Shown here: one piece after another, positions 22,390 to 31,965 of the stretch
Numbering within the stretch: the first letter of the stretch is position 1
Layout of the letters: every line of letters starts with the position of its first letter
NCBI GenBank assembly: GCA_963716745.1
Contig: OY970320.1
Location: forward strand, 2,528,001 to 2,592,000
Length of the DNA: 64,000 bases
DNA from: an uncultured Gemmatimonadaceae bacterium
GTDB taxonomy: Bacteria; Gemmatimonadota; Gemmatimonadetes; Gemmatimonadales; Gemmatimonadaceae
Direction of reading: 5' to 3'
Made by a program: the position numbers and the translations under genes
Notes under the pieces: generated by a model
The model's database searches: none
The model's input: only the letters and a program-made list of their open reading frames with translations
What the model was told of the DNA's origin: nothing

Positions 22390-22444
22390 GGGCGGGAATA
22401 TGGGGGCGCCCGCCGCAGCGCGCGATGCGCGCAATGCGACACCA

Positions 22445-22539
22445 CCATCATGTAAATCTTGTTAATCCTGTCAAAAGCTGTTCGGGATCCTGAACTGCAA
22501 AGAACTGCTTGGACAGGATTAACATGATTTACATGATGG
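22445..22539. repeat. AT-rich 28-bp inverted repeat with 9-nt periodicity (AATCMTGTN)
   Basis: CCATCATGTAAATCTTGTTAATCCTGTC / GACAGGATTAACATGATTTACATGATGG; related copy at 59578-59641. Confidence 0.85.
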
Positions 22540-22556
22540 GAACTACAACGACGTCG

Positions 22557-23403
22557 CTATCTATCCGGGTCAACCATATCCTCGAAGCGCAGCCACTTCT
22601 TGTAATAGAAGAGGTCGATGTACGTCGTCGCGCCGGTGCGGTTCTTGAGGATCGCCAACTCCGTCGCGCCCTCCTGCCCGAACGCCGGATTATAGAGTTC
22701 GTCGCGATAGAGGCCGAGCACCACATCGGCCAACTGCTTCACCGATCCTAGCGCGCCGAAATCGTCGAGCACCGGGCGCATGTTCTCGCGCACCGCCGGG
22801 CAGGGCGGGCAAGTGCGCGGTCACGATGAGCGCGACGTTCGCGCTCACGGCCGCATCCTTCAGGCGCCGCACGGCGTGCGCCAGTTCCTCGTCCTGCGCC
22901 AGCGCGCCGTGCGGGACGTGCTGCAGCGGGTCGATCACCACCAACTCGGTGCCGGCAGTCTTGCCGATAGCCTTCAGCAACCCGTCCGCGCCGCCGGCCG
23001 GCATGCGCGCCACTTTGGGCAAATGGTCGTGCAGCCGCAGTGTCGCGGCGCCCACATTCGCGCGCGTGATCTCATCCATGATGCCGGTGCGCAATTCGTC
23101 GATGCTCGCGCGCCCCTCGATCGCCAGCGCGCGCTCAAGCACCCGCTCGGCGTCCATCTCGGCCGTGTAGAACTCCACGCCGCGCCCGCTCTCCGCCGCC
23201 CGCAGCGCGAATGCCAGCGCGAGCGCCGATTTCCCCACCCCCACGTCGCCGCCGAGTACCACGAGATCGCCGCGGCGCACGCCGCCGCCCAGGTTCTTGT
23301 CGAGCGTGGGGAAGCCGGTGGGCACCGTGTTCGCCGGCGGCGCGCCGTCGGCGATGGCGTCCACGCGCTTCACGAGTTGGGTGAGCCGCGAGCGTCTGGG
23401 CAT
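22557..23403 (-). CDS. Solo DnaB-like helicase C-terminal domain protein (apparent frameshift near 22795)
   Basis: VPTGFPTLDKNLGG, GDVGVGKS, EM, VIDPLQ, RPVLDD...KQLADVVLGLYRDELY, ILKNRTG; no DnaB N-terminal domain. Confidence 0.85.
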
Positions 23404-23495
23404 GAGGAACGGAGTATAGAAGTGCGCGAAAAACGGGCAAGCCCGCGCAACACATCGTTGCAGGTGTAAGACGCTCGCGGCTACATTCCGATACG

Positions 23496-25058
23496 ATGGC
23501 CCAACCCCTCAAGTCGGTCCTCTGGGTGGACGACGAGGCCGATCTCCTCGAGTCGCACCGGATCTATCTTCGCGAGAAGGGATTCGAGGTAGATGCCGCC
23601 ACGAACGCCGATGACGCCGTCGAGATGCTTCGGCGGCGCCCCTACGGCATCGTGCTCCTCGACGAGCAGATGCCCGGCAAGCGCGGCCTCGAAGCGTACC
23701 GCGAGATCCGCGAGCTCGATCCGCTCCTGCCCATCGTCATGGTCACGAAGAGCGAGGAGGACGCGGTGCTCCGCGAGGCGATCGGCGTTGACGTGCGCGA
23801 TTACCTCGTGAAACCGATCAATCCGCGCCAGGTGCTCACGGCGATCACGAAGGTGCTCGAGGGCCCGCGCATTCGCGCGCAGGCGCTTTCGCGCGCCTTC
23901 GTCGAGCGGTTCCGCGAGATCGAGCTCGAGCCGAAGCTCACGCTCGATTGGCGCGGCTGGATCTCGCGCTACACGGAGCTCGCCGAGTGGGACATCGCGC
24001 TCGCGGATGCGAAGGAGCAGAGTCTCTACGACTCGCTGCAGGGACTCTATCCCGCGCTCCGAAAGGAATTCGCGAACTGGATGCGCCACGAATACCCGCG
24101 CTGGCTGCGCGAGCTCGAAGGCGACCGGCCGCCGCTCTCGGTGGACGTGGTCTCGGAGTTCCTGCTGCCGATCCTCGAGCGCTCGCGTGCGGCGGTGTTC
24201 ATCGTGGTCGACTGTCTTCGTCTCGACCAGTGGATGACGCTCGCGCCCATCCTCGCGCCCTGGTTCGACGTCGAGACCACGCATCATTTCGCGGTGCTCC
24301 CCACGGCCACGCCGTATTCGCGCAACGCGCTCTTCTCGGGGCTCTTTCCCGGCGAGATCGCCGCGCGTTTCCCCGATTGGTGGGGCGAACGCGAGGATGA
24401 ATCGCTCAACGCGCACGAGAAGCAATTGCTCGAGGCGCATCTCGCCGAGCTCAAGATCGCCGTGCCGGTGCGCTACGATAAGATCTCGAGCGCCAACGAC
24501 ACCGCCGACCTCGAGCGCCGCGTCTCGGGCGCCATCGCGCACGAGGGCGTGAGCGCGTTCGTCTTCAACTTCGTGGATCTGCTCACGCATGGCCGCTCGG
24601 AGTCCGCGATCCTGCAGGAGGTCGCGAAGGACGAGATCGCGCTCCGCGCGCTCACGAAACAATGGTTCGAGCGCTCGGTGCTCTTCGCGCTCCTGAAAGA
24701 GGCCGCGCGCCGCCGCATCCCCGTGCTCATCACCAGCGATCACGGCTCCATCCACTGCCACACGCCCGCGACGGTGTTCGCCAAGCGCGACGCCACCGCG
24801 AACCTCCGCTACAAGTTCGGAGAGGACCTGCGCGCCGAACGCACGGAGCACGCACTGCTCTTCGGGAATTCCGATGACCTGCGCCTTCCGCGGCGTGGAC
24901 TCGGCGACAACACGCTGCTCGCCGTGGGCGACACGTTCTTCGTGTATCCCACCAAGCTGCGCGAGTACCAGTCGCGCTATCGCGGATCGTTCCTGCATGG
25001 CGGCGTGACGCCGGAGGAATGCATCCTGCCGGTCGCCTTGCTCACGCCCAAGAGTTGA
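23496..25058 (+). CDS. PorX-like response regulator with PglZ/alkaline-phosphatase-superfamily domain
   Basis: Receiver (WVDDE, LLDEQMPG, MVTKSEE); VVDCLRLDQW, LPTATPYSRNALFSG, ITSDHG, FLHGG. Confidence 0.9.
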   Translation: MAQPLKSVLWVDDEADLLESHRIYLREKGFEVDAATNADDAVEMLRRRPYGIVLLDEQMPGKRGLEAYREIRELDPLLPIVMVTKSEEDAVLREAIGVDVRDYLVKPINPRQVLTAITKVLEGPRIRAQALSRAFVERFREIELEPKLTLDWRGWISRYTELAEWDIALADAKEQSLYDSLQGLYPALRKEFANWMRHEYPRWLRELEGDRPPLSVDVVSEFLLPILERSRAAVFIVVDCLRLDQWMTLAPILAPWFDVETTHHFAVLPTATPYSRNALFSGLFPGEIAARFPDWWGEREDESLNAHEKQLLEAHLAELKIAVPVRYDKISSANDTADLERRVSGAIAHEGVSAFVFNFVDLLTHGRSESAILQEVAKDEIALRALTKQWFERSVLFALLKEAARRRIPVLITSDHGSIHCHTPATVFAKRDATANLRYKFGEDLRAERTEHALLFGNSDDLRLPRRGLGDNTLLAVGDTFFVYPTKLREYQSRYRGSFLHGGVTPEECILPVALLTPKS

Positions 25059-26887
25059 TGCGCGCGACGAAGTTCTATCCGCGGTTGATCAAGTTCCTGC
25101 GGCCGCACGGTTGGCGCATGGCGGGCAACATCATCTTCAACTTGATCGGCGCCGCACTCGATGGGTACTCGTTCGCGCTGCTCATCCCGTTCCTGAACGC
25201 GCTGTTCAACCAGCCGCCACTCGTGGTCGGACGCGGCTGGGTGAACAACTTCCTGCAGTTCACGATCGGCGCGCTGCTCGATGCGGCGCATCCTATGACG
25301 TCGCTGCGCAACGTGATCGTGGTCCTGCTCGCCGTCGTGGCGGTCAAGAACATCTTCATCTGGCTCGCCAACGTGCTCGGCGCCGAGCTGCAGGAGTACG
25401 TCACGCGCGACATGCGCGACGCGGTCTACCACCACCTCGTCGCGCTCCCGATCCGCTATTTCACCAGCACCAAGGTCGGTCAGATCCTGTCGCGCGTCCT
25501 CAGCGACACCGAGCAGACCAAGTCGCTCGTCACCGAGGTCGTGACGAGGGCGGTGAACTCGGCCTCGCTCGTCATCGTGTACATCGCGTATCTCCTCGGC
25601 ATCTCGTGGAGACTCACGCTCATCTCGCTCATCATCGCGCCGCTCCTCACGCTCGTGCTGCAGCCGCTGCTCCGCCGGCTGCGCCACGGCTATCGCGTGT
25701 TGCGCAACGATCACGGCGAGATGATGAGCGTGTTGCAGGAGAGCGTCAGCGGCATCCGGCTGGTGAAGTCGTACGGCGCCGAGGAGTACGAAGATGCGCG
25801 CTTCACCGGCGCCAGCTTCAAGTACTCGAGCGGTCTGGTGCGCATGGCGCGCATCGCCAACATCGCGCAGCCGCTCACGGAAGTCCTCGGCATGGTCATC
25901 GTCGCGGTGCTGCTCTGGATCGGCGCGCGGGAAGTGCTCATCGACAATTCGCTCCAGGCGTCGCAGTTCATGGTGTTCATCGCCTTCGTGATGCGCCTGT
26001 TGCAGCCGATGAAACAGCTCTCGCAGATCCCGGCCGTCGCGCAGAATTCCTTCGCGAGCGCCGAGCGCATCTTCCAGGTGCTCGATCATCCCACCGAGCA
26101 GGCGCTCGACAAGGGCACGCGCATGGTGGATGGCTTCCGCCGGTCGATCGTGTTCGACACGGTCTCGTTCGCGTACGACGACGAACCGGTGCTCAGCGAC
26201 ATCCAGTTCGCCGCGAAGAAGGGCGATGTGATCGCCTTGGTGGGCGCGAGTGGGGCGGGGAAGAGCACGCTCGTCGATCTCATCCCGCGGTTCTACGAGC
26301 CGACGAGCGGCCGCATTCTGCTCGATGACGTGGACGTACGCGAGATCGCACTCGCCTCCCTGCGGAATCTCACCGGCATCGTGAGCCAGGAGACCGTGAT
26401 CTTCAACGAGAGCGTGCGCGCGAACATCGCCTACGGCCGGAACGACAAATACAGCGACGCGCAGATCGAAGCGGCGGCGCGCGCGGCGAACGCGCACGCC
26501 TTCATCGCCGAGTTGCCCGCGGGCTACGCGACGGTGCTCGGCGAGCGCGGCGCGCGGCTCTCCGGCGGGCAGCGCCAGCGCATCGCGATCGCGCGCGCGC
26601 TGCTGCTCGATCCGCCCATCCTCATCCTCGATGAGGCCACGAGCGCGCTCGACACCGAGAGCGAGCGCCTCGTCCAGGAAGCGATCGACCGGCTGCTCGA
26701 AGGCCGCACGGTGTTCGTCATCGCGCACCGCCTGTCCACGATCCAGCACGCCACCGAGATCCTCGTGCTCGACCGCGGCCGCGTCGTCGAACGCGGCACG
26801 CACGAGGAGCTGCTCGCGCGACGCGGCGCCTACCACCGGCTGCACGCGATGCAGTTCGGCGACCGGGAGCGGGCCGTCCCTGTCTGA
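25058..26887 (+). CDS. msbA: MsbA-like ABC exporter (permease + ATPase)
   Basis: Six-TM N-terminus, [25 protein letters not shown]; adjacent to lpxL. Confidence 0.85.
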   Translation: MRATKFYPRLIKFLRPHGWRMAGNIIFNLIGAALDGYSFALLIPFLNALFNQPPLVVGRGWVNNFLQFTIGALLDAAHPMTSLRNVIVVLLAVVAVKNIFIWLANVLGAELQEYVTRDMRDAVYHHLVALPIRYFTSTKVGQILSRVLSDTEQTKSLVTEVVTRAVNSASLVIVYIAYLLGISWRLTLISLIIAPLLTLVLQPLLRRLRHGYRVLRNDHGEMMSVLQESVSGIRLVKSYGAEEYEDARFTGASFKYSSGLVRMARIANIAQPLTEVLGMVIVAVLLWIGAREVLIDNSLQASQFMVFIAFVMRLLQPMKQLSQIPAVAQNSFASAERIFQVLDHPTEQALDKGTRMVDGFRRSIVFDTVSFAYDDEPVLSDIQFAAKKGDVIALVGASGAGKSTLVDLIPRFYEPTSGRILLDDVDVREIALASLRNLTGIVSQETVIFNESVRANIAYGRNDKYSDAQIEAAARAANAHAFIAELPAGYATVLGERGARLSGGQRQRIAIARALLLDPPILILDEATSALDTESERLVQEAIDRLLEGRTVFVIAHRLSTIQHATEILVLDRGRVVERGTHEELLARRGAYHRLHAMQFGDRERAVPV

Positions 26888-27815
26888 CGAGCGCCGCGCC
26901 ACGGTCGCGCACCGCCTCGAGTACGGCGCCCTGCGCGCGATGCTCGCGGTGTTCGGCGCGTTCCCCTGGCGGGTCTCCACCGCCGCCGCGGGGTTCATCG
27001 GCCGGCTCGGCTATTCGCCCTTCCGCATCCGCCGCCGCGTGGTGGAGCGGCAGATCGCCGCCGCGTTCCCCGGACTCTCCGCCCGCGATGTCTCGGCGAT
27101 CGCGCGCGCCTCGTATGACAACCTCGGCCGCGTCGCCGTCGAGGCGGCGCATCTCTCGCGACTCGGGCCGGAGCAGGTCATCGCGCTCTTCGACGAGATC
27201 CACGGCTGGGACGCGGTAGAGCGCGCCCGCGCGCAGGGCAAAGGCATCGTGTTCCTCACCGGCCACCTCGGCAATTGGGAACTCGCGGGCGCGATCGTCG
27301 CCGCGCGCGGCATCGCCTTCGACGCGATCGCGCGCCGCATGGGGAATCCCGTGTTCGATGCGTATCTCACGCGCACGCGGCTGCGCCTCGGGATGAACAT
27401 CGTCCCGGATTCCGACGCCGTGCGCCGGGTGCCGCGCACGCTGCGCGCCGGCGGCGCCGTCGCGTTCCTCGCCGATCAGTCGGGGCTCAACCTCGCGTCC
27501 ACCTTCGTGCCCTTCTTCGGGCGCCCGGCGAAAACGCCGCGCGGCCCCGCCGTATTCGCGATCCGGTTCGAGGCTCCCGTGATCTTCGGTGTCGCGACGC
27601 ATCTTCCCGGCGGCAAGTTCCGCATGATGTTCGAGGAGGTCCCCGTAACGCGCACCGGCGACCTCGACCGCGACACCGACGCGCTGCTCACGCGTTACTC
27701 CGAGGCGCTCGAACGCCAAGTGCGCCTCGCACCCGGGCAGTATTTCTGGCAGCACAAGCGGTGGAAGCGCCAGCCCGACACCACGCCGCCGGAGCTGCTC
27801 GACCCCACGCTGTGA
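26880..27815 (+). CDS. lpxL: Lipid A biosynthesis acyltransferase (LpxL/HtrB family); start approximate
   Basis: [32 protein letters not shown]. Confidence 0.88.
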   Translation: MSDERRATVAHRLEYGALRAMLAVFGAFPWRVSTAAAGFIGRLGYSPFRIRRRVVERQIAAAFPGLSARDVSAIARASYDNLGRVAVEAAHLSRLGPEQVIALFDEIHGWDAVERARAQGKGIVFLTGHLGNWELAGAIVAARGIAFDAIARRMGNPVFDAYLTRTRLRLGMNIVPDSDAVRRVPRTLRAGGAVAFLADQSGLNLASTFVPFFGRPAKTPRGPAVFAIRFEAPVIFGVATHLPGGKFRMMFEEVPVTRTGDLDRDTDALLTRYSEALERQVRLAPGQYFWQHKRWKRQPDTTPPELLDPTL

Positions 27816-28075
27816 CCGAGCCGCGCGCGCCGCGATCGCAGCATCGCGAGCGGTTCGTCTCTGCGTCCGAGCTCGGCGAGTACGCCTACTGTCGCCGCGC
27901 GTGGTGGCTGCGTGCCGTGCGCGGCGCGCACTCGGACCTGCAAGGCACTCGCTTCGATGAAGGCCGTGCGGCGCATGAGCGGCACGCGTACGGGATCCTC
28001 GCCGCGCGCGCGCTCGCTGTCGTCGCGGCACTGCTCGTGGCGGCGGCCGCGTGCTGGATCTGGCTCGCGCGATGA
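27812..28075 (+). CDS. Cas4-like N-terminal fragment with C-terminal TM helix
   Basis: [17 protein letters not shown]...GRAAH, then [23 protein letters not shown] overlap with lpxL stop. Confidence 0.75.
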   Translation: MTEPRAPRSQHRERFVSASELGEYAYCRRAWWLRAVRGAHSDLQGTRFDEGRAAHERHAYGILAARALAVVAALLVAAAACWIWLAR

Positions 28076-28578
28076 TCGTCGCTGCGATCGTTCTCGCCGC
28101 CGCCATCATCCTGGCGATCGCGAGCTTCGCGCTCTACCGCCGCGCCGGGATCAGCGGTCGCATCGTCGCGAGCGATGGCCCCGTTTCGCGCCCATCGCGG
28201 GTGCTGCGCTCCGCGCGCCACGGGATCTCTGGCAAGCCCGACTACCTCGTGGTCGAGCACGGCCGCATCGCACCCGTGGAGGTGAAGCCCACGCGCGCGA
28301 GCGACCGGCCCTGGCTGCGCGACGTCGTGCAGCTTGCCGCGTATTGTCTGCTCGTCGAGGAGACGCACGAGCGCTTCGCCGGCTATGGCTATCTCCGCTA
28401 CGCCAATCGTACCTTTCGCATCGACTTCACCGACTCCATGAGGGACGAAGTGCTCAGCACCGCGAATGCTCTGCGCGATGACCTCGCCGCCACCGATGTC
28501 GATGCCAACCACGACGATCCACGCCGCTGCGCACGCTGTGCGTTGCGCACTCCCTGCGGCCGCCCGGTGAGCGCATGA
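28072..28578 (+). CDS. Cas4-like PD-(D/E)xK nuclease core with N-terminal TM helix
   Basis: TM, then GKPDYL, VEVK, QLAAY, C-terminal CARCALRTPC. Confidence 0.85.
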   Translation: MIVAAIVLAAAIILAIASFALYRRAGISGRIVASDGPVSRPSRVLRSARHGISGKPDYLVVEHGRIAPVEVKPTRASDRPWLRDVVQLAAYCLLVEETHERFAGYGYLRYANRTFRIDFTDSMRDEVLSTANALRDDLAATDVDANHDDPRRCARCALRTPCGRPVSA

Positions 28579-29723
28579 CCTACGACGTGACCGCGCTCCG
28601 CGCGCGCGAATATCCGTGGGCCGAGCGCGGCGACGCCGTCTACCTGAACAACGCCTCCACCGGCGCGCTCCCGGCGCGCACGGTGCGCGCGACCGCCGAT
28701 TTCCATGCGCTGCGCGCCGAGCCGTGGCGTCTCACCGATGACGCGCAGTTCGCCATCCTGCGCCGCACCCGCGAGCTCTGCGCCACGCTGATCGGCGCCG
28801 GCGCCGATGAGATCGCGTGCATGGCGAATACGACGTACGGCGTGAACGTCGCCGCGCGGTGTCTGCCGCTCAAGTCCGGCGACGTGGTGCTCACCTTCGA
28901 TCGCGAGTTCCCCGCGAACATCTATCCGTGGATGGCGCTCGCGAAGCGCGGCGTCACCCTCGAGCGCATCCCCACGCGCGACAAGCTCCCCGACGAGGAC
29001 GCGCTCATCGCCGCGCTCGATGGGAAGAACGTGAGAGCGGTCGCGATCGGTTGGGTGAACTTCGCCACGGGATACAAGGCCGATCTCGCGCGCATCGGCC
29101 GCGCCTGCCGCGAGCGCGGGATCTACTTCGTCGTGGACGCGATGCAGGGACTCGGCGCCGCCACGCTCGACGCGCGCGCATGCCAGATCGACATCCTCGC
29201 GTGCGGCGGACAGAAATGGCTGCTCTCGCCGTGGGGCTCGGGCTTCGTCTATGTGCGACGGGAACTCGTCCAGCAGCTTGAGCCCGAGGCCGTCGGCTGG
29301 ATGGCGATGCGCGCGTCCGAAGATTTCACGCGGCTCGTGGACTATGAATTCGCCTACCACGACGACGCGCGCCGCTTCGAGGTGATCACCGTGCCGTTCC
29401 AGGATTTCGCCGGATTCAATGCGAGTCTCGGGATGATGGTCGAGCTCGGTCTCAAGAACATCGAGGCGCACGACGCGGCGCTCGTCGGCCAGGCGGTGGA
29501 ATGGGCGCAGTCGCGGAGGGATATGAAGCTCGTGACGCCGGTGGATCCCGCACGCCGCGCCGGGATCGTCTCGATCGCGCCGCCTGACCCCGCGGCCACC
29601 TCGGAGCGCCTCAAGCAGGCGAAGATCATCCACAGCCTGCGCGAAGGCGCGATACGCCTGTCGCCGCATTGCTACAATACTGCGTCCGAGATTGCGCGAG
29701 CCCTCGAAGTTCTCGGCGGGTAA
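28575..29723 (+). CDS. Class V PLP aminotransferase / cysteine desulfurase-like
   Basis: VYLNNASTG, VDAMQGLG, GGQKWLLSPWG, IRLSPHCYN. Confidence 0.9.
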   Translation: MTYDVTALRAREYPWAERGDAVYLNNASTGALPARTVRATADFHALRAEPWRLTDDAQFAILRRTRELCATLIGAGADEIACMANTTYGVNVAARCLPLKSGDVVLTFDREFPANIYPWMALAKRGVTLERIPTRDKLPDEDALIAALDGKNVRAVAIGWVNFATGYKADLARIGRACRERGIYFVVDAMQGLGAATLDARACQIDILACGGQKWLLSPWGSGFVYVRRELVQQLEPEAVGWMAMRASEDFTRLVDYEFAYHDDARRFEVITVPFQDFAGFNASLGMMVELGLKNIEAHDAALVGQAVEWAQSRRDMKLVTPVDPARRAGIVSIAPPDPAATSERLKQAKIIHSLREGAIRLSPHCYNTASEIARALEVLGG

Positions 29724-29804
29724 TAACAGCGCGTCTGGTCGTTGACGTGTAGCAACTGCGAACAGCGGCCGTTGCCACACGTCAACGACCAGACGCGCCG
29801 TTAT
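29723..29804. repeat. 34-bp inverted repeat between convergent genes
   Basis: ATAACAGCGCGTCTGGTCGTTGACGTGTAGCAAC / GTTGCCACACGTCAACGACCAGACGCGCCGTTAT, 2 mismatches. Confidence 0.9.
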
Positions 29805-30061
29805 AGCTTCATCCTCAACCACCGCCGCCCGACGTACACTCCCGCGCCAAGCAACGCCGCCTGTCCGAAGAATTGCACCAACCCGAACGGCGTCGGCCCG
29901 TACGGCCCGCCGCCCCTCTCCTCGATCGCACGCTCGCGCGACGGCCAGCCCGCGATCTTGATCGTGACGAGCCACACGAGCGCGCATGCCGCGATGATCA
30001 TCGCGCTGCGTGCCAACCCCTCGGGCCACGACGGCGCGAGCCTCACCCCGCCCTTACTCAT
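29801..30061 (-). CDS. Small two-TM membrane protein
   Basis: Two hydrophobic segments; coupled to upstream DUF4405 gene; GGAGG RBS. Confidence 0.55.
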   Translation of the reverse strand: MSKGGVRLAPSWPEGLARSAMIIAACALVWLVTIKIAGWPSRERAIEERGGGPYGPTPFGLVQFFGQAALLGAGVYVGRRWLRMKL

Positions 30062-30529
30062 CGCTCGCCTCCATCTCCTCCGCGGTGAACGCGCGACGCC
30101 GGAGCGCCGCGAGCACCCACCCCCAGTTCATCGCGAATGCAGCCCGACCGCCACGAATAGCACGTTCGACGTCGAGTCATGCAGCTCGAACCAGTCCCCG
30201 TCATAGATCGTGGGCATGCCCGCCCATGGAAGCACGACGCGCGACACCATGATCCCCGAGACGATCACCAGCACCATCGCGAGGAAGAGTCCGACATTGA
30301 TCGCGTAGTTGATGCGCGTGCGCAGGCTGCCGTTCGCGAACAGGCGCTTCGCCTTCGAGATGATCCAGTGCCACGAGAGCAGCATGTGCAGCAACAGCGG
30401 CACGGCGATCGCGATGCCGATGATCTCGTGTGCCGCGACGCCCGTGATCCGCGGCGACTGGATGAGCAGGAAGAGCAGCAGGAGCAGGACGTCGAGCCAG
30501 AGCGCGAAGGCGGTACGGGACATGGGCAT
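30054..30529 (-). CDS. DUF4405 / cytochrome b-like membrane protein (apparent frameshift near 30135; start approximate)
   Basis: AHEIIG...LHMLLSWHWI...IVSGIMVS...LHDSTSN...GLH, continuing AMNWGW in adjacent frame. Confidence 0.75.
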
Positions 30530-30575
30530 CGTCACTATGTACGCACCACAGCGGCGCCGTGATGCAACGGCTCGC

Positions 30576-31853
30576 TCAGCCTTTCACCCGCACCAGCGCA
30601 TAGTCGCGCGCGCCCTTCTTGAGCAACAGGTGCCGGCCCGCGAGCATCGCGCTCGTCGCGATCGCCTTGTCCTCCGCCGCCAGGCGCTTGCCATTCACCG
30701 AGAGCCCGCCCTGCTCGAGCAACCGCTTCGCCGCGCCCTTGCTCGCCGCGAGCTTCGCTGTCACGAACAGCTCCGACGTCTCGAGCGAGCCGTCGGCCGG
30801 CGCGCCGATCTCCACGAACGGCACTTCCTCCGCGAGCGCCGCGAGCGCCGCGGCGGACAACGACCCCGCGTCACCCTTCCCGAACAGCAGCGTCGAGACT
30901 TCCACCGCCGCACGCGCCGCGTCGGCGCCATGCACGCGCGCCGTCACCTCGAGCGCGAGCGCCTGCTGCGCCTCGCGCTTCTCGGGCCGCGCGGCGATCG
31001 CGCCCTCGAGCGACTCGATCTCCGCGCGCGGCAAGAGCGTGAAGAACCGCAGGAACCGCCCCGCATCACGGTCGTCCGCGTTCACCCAGTATTGGTAGAA
31101 GCGGTACGGGCTCGTTTCCCTGGCATCCAGGAATACCGCGCCCGATTCGGTCTTACCGAATTTCGTGCCCGTCGCCGTGGTCACCAGCGGCATCGTGAGC
31201 GCATGCGCTTCATGTCCATCCACGCGCCGGATCAGTTCGATCCCCGCCGTGATGTTCCCCCACTGATCGCTCCCGCCGATCTGCAGCGTGCATCCTTCGC
31301 GCCGGTGCAGCTGCAGATAGTCATACGCCTGCAGCAGCATGTAGCTGAACTCGGTGTACGAGATGCCGCCCTCGAGACGCGACTTCACTGAGTCTTTCGC
31401 CATCATGTAGTTGATCGTGAAGTGCTTCCCCACGTCGCGCATGAACTCCACGGCCTTGAGCGGCAGCAGCCATTCCGCGTTGTCGCGCATGAGCGCGCCG
31501 CTCTTCCCCGGCGAGAAATCCAGGAATCGCGCGAGCTGACCCCGGATCGCGTCGGAGTTCGCTCTCACCACCTCGGGCGTATTCAACTGCCGCTCGGCCG
31601 TCTTGCCGCTCGGGTCGCCGATCATCCCCGTTCCTCCGCCGACCAGCGCGATCGGCCGGTGCCCGCTGCGCTGCAAGTGCGCCAGCACCATCACCGGCAC
31701 CAGATTCCCCACGTGCAAGCTCGGCGCGCTCGGATCGAATCCGCAGTACGCCGTCACGGTGCCCGCCTGCAGCGCCGCGCCGAGCGTCTCCGTATTCTGG
31801 TACAGCAGCCCGCGCCACGTGAGCTCGTCGAGTAGCGAATCCTTGGCCGTCAT
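30576..31853 (-). CDS. tyrS: Tyrosine--tRNA ligase
   Basis: YCGFDPSAPSLHVGN, QIGGSDQWGN, KFGKT. Confidence 0.98.
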   Translation of the reverse strand: MTAKDSLLDELTWRGLLYQNTETLGAALQAGTVTAYCGFDPSAPSLHVGNLVPVMVLAHLQRSGHRPIALVGGGTGMIGDPSGKTAERQLNTPEVVRANSDAIRGQLARFLDFSPGKSGALMRDNAEWLLPLKAVEFMRDVGKHFTINYMMAKDSVKSRLEGGISYTEFSYMLLQAYDYLQLHRREGCTLQIGGSDQWGNITAGIELIRRVDGHEAHALTMPLVTTATGTKFGKTESGAVFLDARETSPYRFYQYWVNADDRDAGRFLRFFTLLPRAEIESLEGAIAARPEKREAQQALALEVTARVHGADAARAAVEVSTLLFGKGDAGSLSAAALAALAEEVPFVEIGAPADGSLETSELFVTAKLAASKGAAKRLLEQGGLSVNGKRLAAEDKAIATSAMLAGRHLLLKKGARDYALVRVKG

Positions 31854-31930
31854 GCGACAAACATAGAGCGCCGCTGGCGTGCTGTCATCTCGCGCGCCTC
31901 GCGGCCCGTGGATAGTTTCCGTTGCAGTCG

Positions 31931-31952
31931 CGCTTCCCGCTTCCCGCTTCCC
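31931..31952. repeat. Heptamer tandem repeat (CGCTTCC)x3
   Basis: Direct reading; the same unit forms an inverted pair at 56503-56564. Confidence 0.8.
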
Positions 31953-31965
31953 TCGTGCCGTCGCA

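Noticed and set aside
22509..22751. ORFs beginning MDRINMIYMM (and NHVNHVNPV near 59580)
   Set aside because: Translations of the 9-nt palindromic repeats
22557..23403. Prophage or ICE replication module
   Set aside because: No integrase, primase, structural genes or att-like repeats; flanks are chromosomal genes
27812..28578. CRISPR-Cas locus suggested by the Cas4-like genes
   Set aside because: No cas1, cas2, effector genes or repeat-spacer array in the window
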